A stretch of 64,000 nt of DNA, taken from assembly GCA_963719315.1 (NCBI GenBank), contig CAVRBU010000013.1:1-64000 (forward strand), read 5' to 3'. This stretch comes from an uncultured Planctomycetota bacterium. GTDB taxonomy: Bacteria > Planctomycetota > Planctomycetia > Pirellulales > Lacipirellulaceae. Made by a program: the position numbers and the translations under genes. The notes below the pieces were generated by a model. That model did no database searches, was not told where the DNA came from, and saw nothing but the letters and a program-made list of their open reading frames with translations. The first letter of the stretch is position 1; each line of letters begins with the position of its first letter. This document shows, piece by piece, positions 7,925-17,848 of the stretch.

Positions 7925-9487
7925 TCACACCATGTCTGGCCGCGGACCGGCAACGGGTTGACCGCCGCCGGCAACGGCCCGGTTGACCGCATTGAGAAAC
8001 GCCAGCGTGGCCGCTTCGACCGTATCGGTCGATACACCGCGGCCGCGGTAGACCCGGCCTTCGCGCTCGACTTCGATCGTCGATTCGCCTTGTGCATCCT
8101 TACCGCGCGTCACGCTGTGAACGCGGAAGTCGCGCACAACGACCGAAGTACAGGTGATCTCTTCGATCGCGCGAAACAAGGCATCCAGCGGGCCGTCGCC
8201 GCCAGTGATCGTTTTACTGACTACCTCACCAGACCGATCGAGCGTCACCGAGACTTGCGGTTCGCCGCTGCCGATGGCGTGAACTTCGTAGGCCACCAGC
8301 TTCCACTGATCCTCGGCCACCGTCATTTGCTTTTCGATCAGGGCGGCGATGTCAGCGTCGTAAACTTCCTTTTTCTTGTCGGCCAGTTTCTTGAATTCGT
8401 CGAACACCTCTTGCAGTTGCTCACCAGTAATATGATAGCCAAGCGCCTGGGCCCGATCGGCCAGGGCGGCGCGGCCGCTGTGCTTGCCCAGCACAAGGTC
8501 GGTTTGCGTGAAGCCGACATCCTCCGGACGCATGATTTCGTAGGTCGTGCGCTCCTTCAACATGCCGTCCTGGTGGATGCCAGCCTCGTGGGCAAACGCA
8601 TTGCGGCCGACAATCGCCTTGTTCCGCTGAACTTGCAGTCCGGTGATGTTCGAGAGCAGCCGGCTTGCGGGAACGAGCCGCGCGGTGTGAATGTTGGTCG
8701 TGGTGTTGTAGTAATCCGAGCGGGTTCGCATGGCCATCACGACTTCTTCCAGCGAGCAGTTGCCCGCCCGCTCGCCGATTCCGTTGATCGTGCACTCGAT
8801 TTGACCCGCGCCGTTTTCTACGGCCGCCAGGCTGTTGGCAACCGCGAGGCCCAAATCGTTGTGACAATGGACGCTGATCACCGCGCGGTGGATGTTCGGC
8901 ACTCGGTTTTTGAGGTTCTTGATGACGTCGGCAAAGTGACTCGGCGTGGCGTAGCCCACCGTATCGGGGATGTTGACGGTCGTCGCGCCGGCGTCGATCG
9001 CCGCCTCCACGACTTGGCACAGAAAATCGGGCTCCGTGCGGGCAGCATCCTCGGGCGAAAACTCAATGTTGTCGCAATAAACCTTGGCACGTTTCACGCT
9101 ATCAATTGCCCGCTGGATGATCTCGTCTTTGCCCATGCGGAGCTTGAATTCACGATGAATCGCGCTCGTGGCCAGGAACACGTGAATGCGTGCGTCGGGC
9201 GCACCGCAGAGCGCTTCCCACGCGCGGTCAATGTCTTTTTCATTGCACCGCGCGAGGCCGCAAATCGTCGCACCGCGGACCGTGTTGGCGATCTGGCGCA
9301 CCGCTTCGAAGTCGCCCGGCGAAGCAATCGGAAAACCGGCTTCGACTACGTTGACGCCCAAATCGACCAAGGCCTGCGCGACTTCCAGCTTTTCTTCAAG
9401 ATTCATGCTGCACCCCGGCGATTGCTCGCCGTCGCGGAGCGTAGTATCGAAAATGACGATGGGTCGAGGTTGAATTGTGGTGGTCAT
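7925..9487 (-). CDS. leuA: 2-isopropylmalate synthase
   Basis: DTTLRDGEQ, HCHNDLG, GIGERAGN, HEAGIHQDG and C-terminal regulatory domain. Confidence 0.97.
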   Translation of the reverse strand: MTTTIQPRPIVIFDTTLRDGEQSPGCSMNLEEKLEVAQALVDLGVNVVEAGFPIASPGDFEAVRQIANTVRGATICGLARCNEKDIDRAWEALCGAPDARIHVFLATSAIHREFKLRMGKDEIIQRAIDSVKRAKVYCDNIEFSPEDAARTEPDFLCQVVEAAIDAGATTVNIPDTVGYATPSHFADVIKNLKNRVPNIHRAVISVHCHNDLGLAVANSLAAVENGAGQIECTINGIGERAGNCSLEEVVMAMRTRSDYYNTTTNIHTARLVPASRLLSNITGLQVQRNKAIVGRNAFAHEAGIHQDGMLKERTTYEIMRPEDVGFTQTDLVLGKHSGRAALADRAQALGYHITGEQLQEVFDEFKKLADKKKEVYDADIAALIEKQMTVAEDQWKLVAYEVHAIGSGEPQVSVTLDRSGEVVSKTITGGDGPLDALFRAIEEITCTSVVVRDFRVHSVTRGKDAQGESTIEVEREGRVYRGRGVSTDTVEAATLAFLNAVNRAVAGGGQPVAGPRPDMV

Positions 9488-9555
9488 GAAAGTAATTGCG
9501 TTAAACGAGAAACAGAACTATCGAACAGCGGCGATGCTACGCCTCGCCGGCCAAC

Positions 9556-9593
9556 AAAAACAAAAAACCCTGAAGCCGGGCGGCCTCAGGGTT
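9556..9593 (-). terminator. attenuator terminator upstream of leuA
   Basis: AACCCTGAGGCC-GCCC-GGCTTCAGGGTT followed by TTTTGTTTTT on the minus strand. Confidence 0.9.
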
Positions 9594-9627
9594 CTACATT
9601 ACTCTTCAGTGGAAGTCTGCAAAAACC

Positions 9628-9687
9628 CTAAGCACCGCCAAGGCGGCTGGCTAGCAACAAGCCAAGCAATAGGGTTCGGGAAATCAT
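9628..9687 (-). CDS. leuL: leucine-rich leader peptide MISRTLLLGLLLASRLGGA
   Basis: 19 aa with 7 Leu (CTA TTG CTT GGC TTG TTG CTA), between promoter and terminator. Confidence 0.85.
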   Translation of the reverse strand: MISRTLLLGLLLASRLGGA

Positions 9688-9736
9688 ACGAAAACGCAGC
9701 TAAATCTCGTGCGGCGAACTCCGGCCGCTTGCTCTA

Positions 9737-9765
9737 AATGTAACTGACAATTGACAGCAAGTCAA
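9737..9765 (-). promoter_or_regulatory. sigma70-like promoter of the leu leader
   Basis: TTGACT-N17-TACATT; spacer holds near-palindrome CTGTCAATTGTCAG. Confidence 0.6.
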
Positions 9766-9780
9766 GGTTCACGCGATTAT

Positions 9781-10779
9781 CTAGTCACTGGTGCCTGCTC
9801 GCCAAAGTAGTCTGCGACTTCTTCCGGGAAGGCCCAACAGCACCAGCACCGATAACACGAATGTGCTCGGCTCGGGCACAACGGTAACTTCAAAAAACTG
9901 GATTCCAGCAAGGGCACTCAAGTCGAATGACGTTTTGTTGGCTTGGAAATTTCCAAAGCCATCGGAGCCCAGGCTTCCTTGGGGCGGCGAAAGGCCCCCA
10001 AGAAACTGATTCGAGACGTAATCGTGGTTTGAGCTATTAATGAAGGCGGTAACCTTGATGGTGCTGCCGGTCGATGGGTTCCCCAAATCGACAAGTGAAA
10101 TCGCAATTTCGACACCGCTCGTCACGGCTGCAGCGGCAATTTGATCGGCGGCACCGGATCCCGCAATGATGCCACCAAGGTTGCTATTGTCGAATCCGAT
10201 GTCGATGGCAGTGCTGTTGGCGCCGGTTCCCGTCGTACCATTATTAGTCGCGGTTGGATCGAATACGCCGAGATATTGCGATGCGCCCCCACCGAGAATG
10301 GCGTAATCCACATCGAATCGATTGACAGAGCCGGTGAACCCGTGGCGAAGGATCAGCGCATAATCGGCCGTGAAGCCAGTATCAAAAATCGATGGAGAAG
10401 GCGACGTAGCCATCTTTGCAAACATACCTGGATCGGGAGGGAAGGGCGATGGATCGACGACCGGATTCGTGCCGCCATTCGCGGTATCGATATCGAGCGT
10501 ATTTTGCCCGCCAGATTTGGAGTCGAAGAACAGTACGAGCTTGTTAAAGTTATCCTCGAGATTGCCGGTGAGAAGCAGATGCAGCTTTCCACTTTCAAAT
10601 CTCGCGTAGGCAGCGTCTAACTCGCTCACGTTGTCGCCAAAAGAAGTTTCTACCGTCTGGACGGAAAGAGGCGTTCCGTAAGAATCGCCAGTGCGGGAGC
10701 CGTCTATCATAGGGGAGCCTATTGCGAATTGGCTCCAATATCCCACAAAAAGGATGGCAACGAAGCTTTAGCGTTTCAT
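9781..10779 (-). CDS. PEP-CTERM exosortase-target protein; signal peptide interrupted by TAA
   Basis: C-terminal VVPEPST + TM + RSRR; upstream frame reads MKR*SFVAILFVGY. Confidence 0.8.
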
Positions 10780-10798
10780 TGGCACAGTTGGACTCCTA

Positions 10799-12034
10799 GT
10801 GGTCTGTCTCGATTTAGTTGACGGGTGCTAGTACGGGATAAAGTCGTTTAATCTTGATCCTGGCATCGGCGGCGGTGAATTGCCAGTCGACGCGGACTGG
10901 TTGTTGGTTGCGGGGGGGGTTGTTCCCATGCGTGAACTTCGCTCTCCAGGCGGGCTCGGGAATCGATCCGTTGGTCCAGGCACTGCCTTCCCAGCACGGA
11001 CAATTCACATTCCGCCATGTTCAGCCAACTGGCGTGCTTGGGGGTGTGATGCACTTCAAACCGCTCCCACAACCGTCGCGCCTCGTCAGGCGGGAAGATC
11101 GCGTACAGCACGGACAGCTTGTGCGTATTCAGGTTGTCCATGACCAGCACGATCTTCTCCGCCGTCGGGTACTGCTCGTCGGCGATGTTGCGCAGCAGGT
11201 CGGCGAAATCCGCCTTCGCGCGACGTTCGGTGACCTTCACCCGGCGGCGGCCCGCCAAAGGTTCGCAGACCATGAACAGATTCGCTGTTCCCCGCCGTTC
11301 GTATTCGTAATCCTGTCGCGCCGGCTGCCCCGGCTCCATCGGCAGCGGCGGCGTGACGTCGGCCACCAATTGCTTGGTGGCTTCGTCGACGCACACGACT
11401 GGCCGTTGCTCGTCGTAGGGACGCTGATAGACCTCCAGAACGTCTTCCATCGCGGCAACATAGTCCGCGTCATGCGGCTTAGGCAGAACCCACTGCTCTT
11501 TCAACCAGGGCTTAAGCTCGTTTTTTTCAGTGCGCTGCGCACGGCGTCCTTGCTGATCGACTCGACGATCTCCAGTTCGACCAACTTGTCGGCCAGCAGT
11601 CGCAAGGTCCAGCGGGCGCGTCCTTCCGGAGCCGGTCCGCAGGCCACGGCGATCAAGCGGGCCTCCTGTTGGCCGTCCAACTTTCGAGGGCGATGCCGGC
11701 TCTTAGGCTTCCATTCCAAGGCAACGTTCAGGCCCTGCTCGACGTACGCCTGTCGCACGTCATGCACCAATCCCACGCTGACGTCCAACGCTTCGCAAAT
11801 CTCCTGGTCGGTCCGACCCGACCCCGTGACGCCGGCGTCCGCCTTGAGCAGCACCTGGGCTCGGCGACGCTTGCCCGCCGCCACCTTGCCTCGTCCCACC
11901 ACCGCCGCCAATTCCTCTCGCTCTTCCCCAGTCAACCGCACCACATACTTCGTGTTGTAGTTCATTTTCTCGCCTCCTGTGAAAAACCTGAAGACGTTAT
12001 GCTATCCCCTAACTACTGAACAACGACAGACCAC
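10799..12034 (-). mobile_element. IS630-family insertion sequence, copy 1
   Basis: Terminal IR GTGGTCTGTC/GACAGACCAC, TA duplication in CTAG; HTH orfA 11501-11965, DDE orfB, A7 slip site 11521-11527; extra G8 frameshift at 10912-10919. Confidence 0.95.
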
Positions 12035-12245
12035 TAGGTAGACTACTCGATTTGCTAAGATGTGCACTCATTATGCACATGCGGCTTTGGAAAACAAGCG
12101 ATTTCTTAGATTTTCGCTTGCCTGTCATCAACTTTGATTGGTGGCATGTCGTTCGAGTTAGCCTGCAAGCACAACCACGTCCGACATTGCAAACGAACCA
12201 CGATAATAGTTGCCGCATCGGCTAAACATGAGGAGGTCCCAATAC

Positions 12246-12485
12246 ATGGTCGGCGAACAGCTTGATTTGACGGATGATCCATCGCGCAACGATGGCAACC
12301 CGCAAGTAGCTTCACAGGGCCGGCAGTTCATTGGCGTGCACTTCGTCTGTTGCGACGTGTACTCACGCGTATACGTCAACGGCGATCAGACCGCCTACGA
12401 GGGCAATTGTCCGAAATGCGCGAAGCGGGTTCGGCTGAAAATCGGGCCGAGTGGGACGGACTCGCGGTTCTTTATCGCAAGGTAG
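12246..12485 (+). CDS. small Cys-rich conserved hypothetical (zinc-ribbon-like)
   Basis: CCDVYSRVY...CPKC; AGGAGG RBS. Confidence 0.75.
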   Translation: MVGEQLDLTDDPSRNDGNPQVASQGRQFIGVHFVCCDVYSRVYVNGDQTAYEGNCPKCAKRVRLKIGPSGTDSRFFIAR

Positions 12486-12650
12486 GGCAAGGTGCTTTTC
12501 ACTTGCTGTCATCGCTGGCGCTAAATCGGTGCTGGCTAATCTTGTGGACGGTCGGTGTTTTTCCTAACATCCGAGCCCTTGTGCGCGGGTAGATTCGGCC
12601 TGTCGGCCGACGCTATAGGGCGACTAAACTCGTCTAGTGTTTTCCGCATC

Positions 12651-13196
12651 ATGCTTCTCGATTTCGAAGTGCAACGCTGCACCCGCCGGTGCGCCGCGAC
12701 TGATCGCGCGCTCCAACCGGGCGACGTGTGCTACTCCGTCCTCGAAATCAGCGGAGCCGTGGTGACTCGAAAGGACTTTTGTACAGAAGGATGGAGCGGA
12801 GCGCCTGACGGTGCTTTGGGCTGGTGGAAGTCGAGAGTGCCGGAGCCGACCGCGAAGAGAATCAAGCTGGCCCCGAACGAGGTGCTCCTCGAATTATTCG
12901 ATCAATTAGCCGAGCGAACAGATCAGACCGATTTGCGATACGTACTTACATTGTTGCTCATTCGACGTCGCGTGTTGCGGCTGGAAGAGGTGTCGTGTGT
13001 CAGGTGTCAGGCGTCAGTTCAAGATGTTCCCGACACCCGACACCCGACACCTGACACCTTAAATCTCGAAGTCATGCATGTGTTCTGCCCGAGACGCGAC
13101 GCCAGTTACGAAGTGACAGTCAATATGCCGAGCGGCGATCGGATCGAAGGTATCCAGCAGCAGCTAAGCGAGTTGTTAATCGCGGGCGCAGAATGA
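12651..13196 (+). CDS. conserved hypothetical protein with an in-frame heptamer palindrome
   Basis: MLLDFEVQRCTRRC...GWWKS...YVLTLLLIRRR; overlaps the next gene (ATGA). Confidence 0.8.
   Translation: MLLDFEVQRCTRRCAATDRALQPGDVCYSVLEISGAVVTRKDFCTEGWSGAPDGALGWWKSRVPEPTAKRIKLAPNEVLLELFDQLAERTDQTDLRYVLTLLLIRRRVLRLEEVSCVRCQASVQDVPDTRHPTPDTLNLEVMHVFCPRRDASYEVTVNMPSGDRIEGIQQQLSELLIAGAE
12988..13059. repeat. (GGTGTCA)-like x4 / (CCGACAC)-like x4 inverted heptamer array inside a CDS
   Basis: 72 nt, frame-preserving; encodes VSCVRCQASVQDVPDTRHPTPDT. Confidence 0.85.
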
Positions 13197-14317
13197 GACG
13201 TGAGGCCAACGTGGCGAACACTAGCTTTGCAAAATCGATGCTGACGCTGCTGACAGTCGCTTGCCTGCTGTCCGCATCAGGCGCTACGTGTCAGCGGCAA
13301 ATGCTCGTGAATCCGTTTGCCGTGCCGGGGCCGGCAGCTCCGCAAGTGCTCATGGAAGGGGCCTCCCGCGATCAGATCATCGCTGCCGTCAATCAAAACA
13401 GTTCGCGAATTCAGTCTCTCACCGTGACGGGCGCAACAATCACCGTTCCCGACATGCTAGGTCTGCCGCTGCTCAGCGGCAATATCGCCGCCGAAAGGCC
13501 GGGCAGATTTCGCCTAACGGCCGGAACCGCCGTGACCGGCCAGGAAATGGATTTAGGCAGCAACGACGAATTGTTCTGGTTGTGGGTCCGCCGCAATCAG
13601 CCGCCGGGCGTGTACTTCTGCCAGCACGCCCAATTCGCGAACAGCAATATCCGACAGATGATGCCCGTCAAGCCGTCCTGGCTACTGGCGGCGCTCGGAA
13701 TGGTCGATCTCGATCCGGCCAGCGTGTTCGACGGCCCTACGCCAGGTCCAGACGGAACGCTTGAATTACGATCGTGGTTGCCATCGGCCAACGGAACGCT
13801 GCAGCGTTTGACCACGGTCGATCCCCGTCGGGCCTGGGTCGTCGGGCAATATATTTACGACCAATCCGGCAAAACGCTGCTCGCAAGCGCGGTTGCCGAA
13901 TCGCACCAATACTATCCGCTCGAACAAGTATCGCTGCCGCAAGTTGTCGCGATCCGACTGCCGACAGCGAATATGGCTCTCAAGATCAATTTGGGCACGG
14001 TGCAGATCAACCAGTTGACGGCCGATCGCGCACAGCTTTGGACGATGCCTGCGTTTGACGGCACACCGCGATATGATCTGGGCGGCGCCGCGGTGGGCAC
14101 GCCCTTACCGGGCCAAACGACAAGTCAGTCGATTTTCAATGGTGTTGTTCCCGCATCCTATCCGGCGTATCCCTCAACGTCGTACCCGGTCACGCCGGCA
14201 TCGATTCCGAGCCCGCCAGCAGCGTCGCCCACGGCGAGCGCGAGCGCAAGCGCCGGACCGCTGCCCATTTATGGCCACCAGCATTCGGCGCCGGCGCGGG
14301 ACGCTCGCCGTTATTGA
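13193..14317 (+). CDS. exported hypothetical protein with Pro-rich tail
   Basis: N-terminal hydrophobic signal with Cys; DLGSNDELFWLW motif. Confidence 0.75.
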   Translation: MRREANVANTSFAKSMLTLLTVACLLSASGATCQRQMLVNPFAVPGPAAPQVLMEGASRDQIIAAVNQNSSRIQSLTVTGATITVPDMLGLPLLSGNIAAERPGRFRLTAGTAVTGQEMDLGSNDELFWLWVRRNQPPGVYFCQHAQFANSNIRQMMPVKPSWLLAALGMVDLDPASVFDGPTPGPDGTLELRSWLPSANGTLQRLTTVDPRRAWVVGQYIYDQSGKTLLASAVAESHQYYPLEQVSLPQVVAIRLPTANMALKINLGTVQINQLTADRAQLWTMPAFDGTPRYDLGGAAVGTPLPGQTTSQSIFNGVVPASYPAYPSTSYPVTPASIPSPPAASPTASASASAGPLPIYGHQHSAPARDARRY

Positions 14318-15123
14318 TCGAGCATCGCCACGACGCGGCACGGAGCGCCGCTGCCGCCTTTGATCTTCATCGGCAGCGCTACGACCGTAAACTTATCGGC
14401 GGGCAGCTTATCCATCTCGGCGACATTTTCCAATGCCGGCACCTCGTCGCGGAACAGCCGCTGATGAGTGGGATAATCCTGGGTTTGGCCGTGATCGATG
14501 CTGGCCGTATCGATGCCGACCATGCGAATTCGGCGGCGCGTTATCAGCCAATCGGCCGCCGACGGATCGAGACCGGGAAAATGCAACTTGGCAACCGCCG
14601 CTTTGCCTTGCTCCGCTGTGCCGAGGTACTTTTCGCGGTTCGGCCAATAGCGGCCAAAGCCGGTGCGAATCAAAACGATGCGGTTTTCGAGCGATGTCTT
14701 GTTGTCGGCTTCCCACTTTTCAAAATCTTCAACCGCCACTTGATAGTCGCGATCGGTTGCACACTTCCGCGATACATCGACGCAAGCGCCGGGGCCAATT
14801 AGTCGCCTCACCGGAACCTGATCGACCGCTTGCCCCTTTTCAAAAAAATGCACGGGCGCATCGAGATGCGTGCCCCCGTGCTCGGCGCACATGAATCGAT
14901 TTGCCGCGTAGTAATAACCTTTCTCCGTAACTCCGGCCGCTTCCCGGATCAGCTTGAAGCCATCCTCCGTAGGCCAGTAGATTGTCTGTTCGTCAAAGGG
15001 ATGTGTAAGATCCACCAAGCGTCGGCCTTCGCTATGTTGTGAAACGGCCGCGGGTATGAAAATAAACATTACGGCAATCACGCTCGCCGCGCGACGAGCG
15101 GACTGGAACCATGTGAAAAGCAT
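14311..15123 (-). CDS. cyclase-family (kynurenine formamidase-like) metal hydrolase; start uncertain
   Basis: DLTH, HGGTHLDAPVHF, VGIDTASID, LENV, GGSGAPCR. Confidence 0.9.
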   Translation of the reverse strand: MLFTWFQSARRAASVIAVMFIFIPAAVSQHSEGRRLVDLTHPFDEQTIYWPTEDGFKLIREAAGVTEKGYYYAANRFMCAEHGGTHLDAPVHFFEKGQAVDQVPVRRLIGPGACVDVSRKCATDRDYQVAVEDFEKWEADNKTSLENRIVLIRTGFGRYWPNREKYLGTAEQGKAAVAKLHFPGLDPSAADWLITRRRIRMVGIDTASIDHGQTQDYPTHQRLFRDEVPALENVAEMDKLPADKFTVVALPMKIKGGSGAPCRVVAMLDQ

Positions 15124-15141
15124 AGGTAGGAGGAACCCCAA

Positions 15142-15207
15142 TTAAGTTTCGTACACGATCCGCCCCCGGTGCTGGCTGCGGCTGATTTGGTCGGTGGCGT
15201 AGAGGCC
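15142..15207 (-). repeat. duplicate of the last 22 codons of the AAA ATPase gene
   Basis: Encodes [21 protein letters not shown], same peptide as 15844-15909. Confidence 0.95.
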
Positions 15208-15221
15208 GGAGGCACGTCGCG

Positions 15222-15776
15222 CTATTCAAAGAATCGCGCAATTTTCGCGCGAAACTCGCTGAGGATTTCGGGTAGAGCAAACTCGTCGGCGGCTTTGAAG
15301 ACTCGCATGGGCTGGTCGGGGCGGAAGACGTGGATGCTTCGTGTATCGTCGTCGACCACGCACACCGCACGTACGCCGGCATCGAGATACTCTGCTACTT
15401 TCACTTGCACCTCGCTCCAGCGATCGGTCGTCGAGAGCACTTCGAATACTATGTCCGGAGCCACGTCCAGCAAACCGGCGGGCAGCGGCCCCTTCAGAAC
15501 TCGCTCAAAACTGTAGTACGCAACATCGGCCCCGCGAACCGTGTCCGGATCGCGCTCGGTAACAACTCCTGAATCGTTGCTGAGCACTCGCCCGCTTGGA
15601 TGATCATCCAAATACTTGCGCAACAGATAAATTATTTGAACGCATATTTCGCCATGGCGGGGCCTTGGAGGAGCCATCGTTATTAGCATTCCTTTCACTA
15701 ATTCGGTGGGATAGCCGTGCGGATCGGGCAAGTCCGCGTACTCCTCGGCCGTCATCAAAGAAGTTTCAGTAGCCAT
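15222..15776 (-). CDS. Uma2 (DUF820) PD-(D/E)XK endonuclease-family protein
   Basis: ELVKG...PPRPRHG, RGADVAY, PDIVFEVLS, KVAEYLDAGV. Confidence 0.92.
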   Translation of the reverse strand: MATETSLMTAEEYADLPDPHGYPTELVKGMLITMAPPRPRHGEICVQIIYLLRKYLDDHPSGRVLSNDSGVVTERDPDTVRGADVAYYSFERVLKGPLPAGLLDVAPDIVFEVLSTTDRWSEVQVKVAEYLDAGVRAVCVVDDDTRSIHVFRPDQPMRVFKAADEFALPEILSEFRAKIARFFE

Positions 15777-15813
15777 GCGGCACCCATTTTAATAAGCAGG
15801 CGAGTCCGACCTC

Positions 15814-15843
15814 ATTATAGTCGGGCGGAATAAATCGCGACAA
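15814..15843 (-). promoter_or_regulatory. putative sigma70 promoter of the Uma2 gene
   Basis: TTGTCG-N18-TATAAT starting right after the ATPase stop codon. Confidence 0.6.
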
Positions 15844-17328
15844 TCACGTCTCATACACAATCCGTCCACGGTGCTGGCTGCGGCTGATTTGGTCGGTGGC
15901 GTACAGGCCGGCGAGGACGAACTCGACGCACGACGCGCGGACCGCTTCGTTGTCGCTCGCGTTCACTTCAAATGCCTTGTCCCACACCGGCGGCACGCGC
16001 TTAATCAGCGCGGCGTAATGCGATGACGGTAGCATGTCGCCGACCTCAATCTTCACGCCGCGCGAAAAGATCTCGGCGATCTCAGCCAGGCCGTGTTTAT
16101 CGACATACTCCTTGAACACGGTAGCAATCGCTTCGGCCAACACGGAATCCAGCACCTGCCGCTCGGTCATCTGGTGCGAGCCCATCATGTCGAGTTCCAA
16201 TTTTCCGAGCGACGAAGCGTACAGGTGGCCAAGGTCGCTGATCCGCGGCACAGCCGGACGCTCGCCGAGCACGGCCGCTCGTTGCCGGGCCGAAGCGACC
16301 ATCGTGCGATAGTTCGCGATCGATAGCCGCGCGCTCACGCCCGATTGCTGATCGACGTACTTCGACCTCCGTGCCGCCCGACTGATTTCCTCGACCAGCT
16401 CCTTCATGAAGTACGGGACGATGACTTCGGAGGCGCGAGGATCGAGCTCCGAGGATCTAGCATCGATCGTGTCGCCTTCATCTCGCTCCTCGCTCCCCGC
16501 TCCTCGCTGCCCCACTTCCTGTTCCACGATCTGAATTCCCAGATCGCGCTCCAGCGGGTAGTGGGTGTGAATGATCGAGCCGATCCGGTCCTTGAGCTGC
16601 GGAATGACCTTGCCGGAGCGATTGTAAGTGGCCGGGTTCGCGCTAAATAGGATCAGCACGTCGATCTCGAACTGTACGGGGTAGCCGCGGATTTGCACGT
16701 CGCGCTCTTCCAGAATGTTGAACAGGCCGACTTGCACCAGTTCATCGAGCTCCGGCAACTCGTTCATCGCGAAGATGCCGCGGTGCAACCGCGGGATCAG
16801 GCCGAAGTGGAGCGCGTCTTCAACGCCCATGCTGACGCCGGCCGCCAACTTCGCCGGGTCGATCTCGCCAATGATATCGGCGAACTTGGTGCCGGGGGCG
16901 AGCCGCTCGGCATAGCGTTCCTCCCGCGGCCACCAGGCGATCGGCACTTCGTCGGCCGGCAGGCTCGAAACAAGTTGCCTGCCGCGCCGCGTGATCGGCC
17001 GCAGTGGATCATCGTGCACCGGGATTTGCGGGTCGTCGATGTACGGAATCTCGTCAACGAGAAACGAAGCCATCAGCCGCATTAACCGGCTCTTCGCTTG
17101 CCCTTTCTCGCCGAGAAACAGCAGATCGTGCTGGGCGAGGATCGCGATGTTGAGCTCCGGGATGACCGTGTCATCGTAGCCAACGATGCCGGGATAGAGG
17201 TCCTCACCGGCTTGCAGCTTGGCGAGGAAGTTGTCGTGGATTTCCTGTTTGACGGTTTTGGAGGTCCAGCCGCTGTCGCGCAACTCGGCCAGCGTGGAGG
17301 GTTTGGTCGTTACAGTCGTTGTCATCAA
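15844..17328 (-). CDS. magnesium chelatase/MoxR-like AAA+ ATPase
   Basis: Walker A-like GEKGQAKS, Walker B-like FAMNE, IRGYP, SANP. Confidence 0.9.
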   Translation of the reverse strand: MMTTTVTTKPSTLAELRDSGWTSKTVKQEIHDNFLAKLQAGEDLYPGIVGYDDTVIPELNIAILAQHDLLFLGEKGQAKSRLMRLMASFLVDEIPYIDDPQIPVHDDPLRPITRRGRQLVSSLPADEVPIAWWPREERYAERLAPGTKFADIIGEIDPAKLAAGVSMGVEDALHFGLIPRLHRGIFAMNELPELDELVQVGLFNILEERDVQIRGYPVQFEIDVLILFSANPATYNRSGKVIPQLKDRIGSIIHTHYPLERDLGIQIVEQEVGQRGAGSEERDEGDTIDARSSELDPRASEVIVPYFMKELVEEISRAARRSKYVDQQSGVSARLSIANYRTMVASARQRAAVLGERPAVPRISDLGHLYASSLGKLELDMMGSHQMTERQVLDSVLAEAIATVFKEYVDKHGLAEIAEIFSRGVKIEVGDMLPSSHYAALIKRVPPVWDKAFEVNASDNEAVRASCVEFVLAGLYATDQISRSQHRGRIVYET

Positions 17329-17447
17329 ATAACCGTATTGCCGGGTGTACGTCGCTGAAAAGCGTATCCAAGATTATAGCGCAGTGGGCGCGGGCGGCAA
17401 TCAATTGTCAATGGGGGAGAATCTGTTCCGCGAATCGAGGTCACAAC

Positions 17448-17816
17448 TCAAGCCGCGGGCAAAGGGCCGGCAGCAACGAGTTTCTTCAGCCGCGCGTCAA
17501 TCATCAAATTGAGTCCTTCCAGGGTGCGAGCGCCCGATAGCAACAGGTCGCCCGGCTCGGCGAACACGACCTCGTTGATCGTAAACGTGTCTTCAACATG
17601 CAAAATGGTAAAGCCGACGGATCGCGTGACTTGTTGGCCTTTTGCCATAATAAAATGCAGGTCCTTTTTTTCGCGGTCCACGCCGATTCCTTCCAGCAGA
17701 TTGCCGGTTATCCACGAGTATTCGCTACCGGTATCAACCAGCAACTCCGCCAGATCGACCGATCGCTTGCGATCGACGATGTTGGAAACGCGACATGCAA
17801 CTTTGAATGTTCCCAT
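17448..17816 (-). CDS. clan AA (retropepsin-like) aspartyl protease
   Basis: MGTF...LVDTGSEYS...LLSGARTLEGLNL. Confidence 0.85.
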   Translation of the reverse strand: MGTFKVACRVSNIVDRKRSVDLAELLVDTGSEYSWITGNLLEGIGVDREKKDLHFIMAKGQQVTRSVGFTILHVEDTFTINEVVFAEPGDLLLSGARTLEGLNLMIDARLKKLVAAGPLPAA

Positions 17817-17848
17817 CGGCAAACTTCTCATTAGCACAATTATTGGTG

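Noticed and set aside
7922..9631. 569-aa plus-strand ORF and similar long antisense ORFs (10854-11960, 61975-63051, 17807-18571)
   Set aside because: Shadow frames of real GC-rich genes on the opposite strand.
15142..15909. Diversity-generating retroelement TR/VR pair
   Set aside because: Differences are synonymous and not adenine-specific, and no reverse transcriptase is present.
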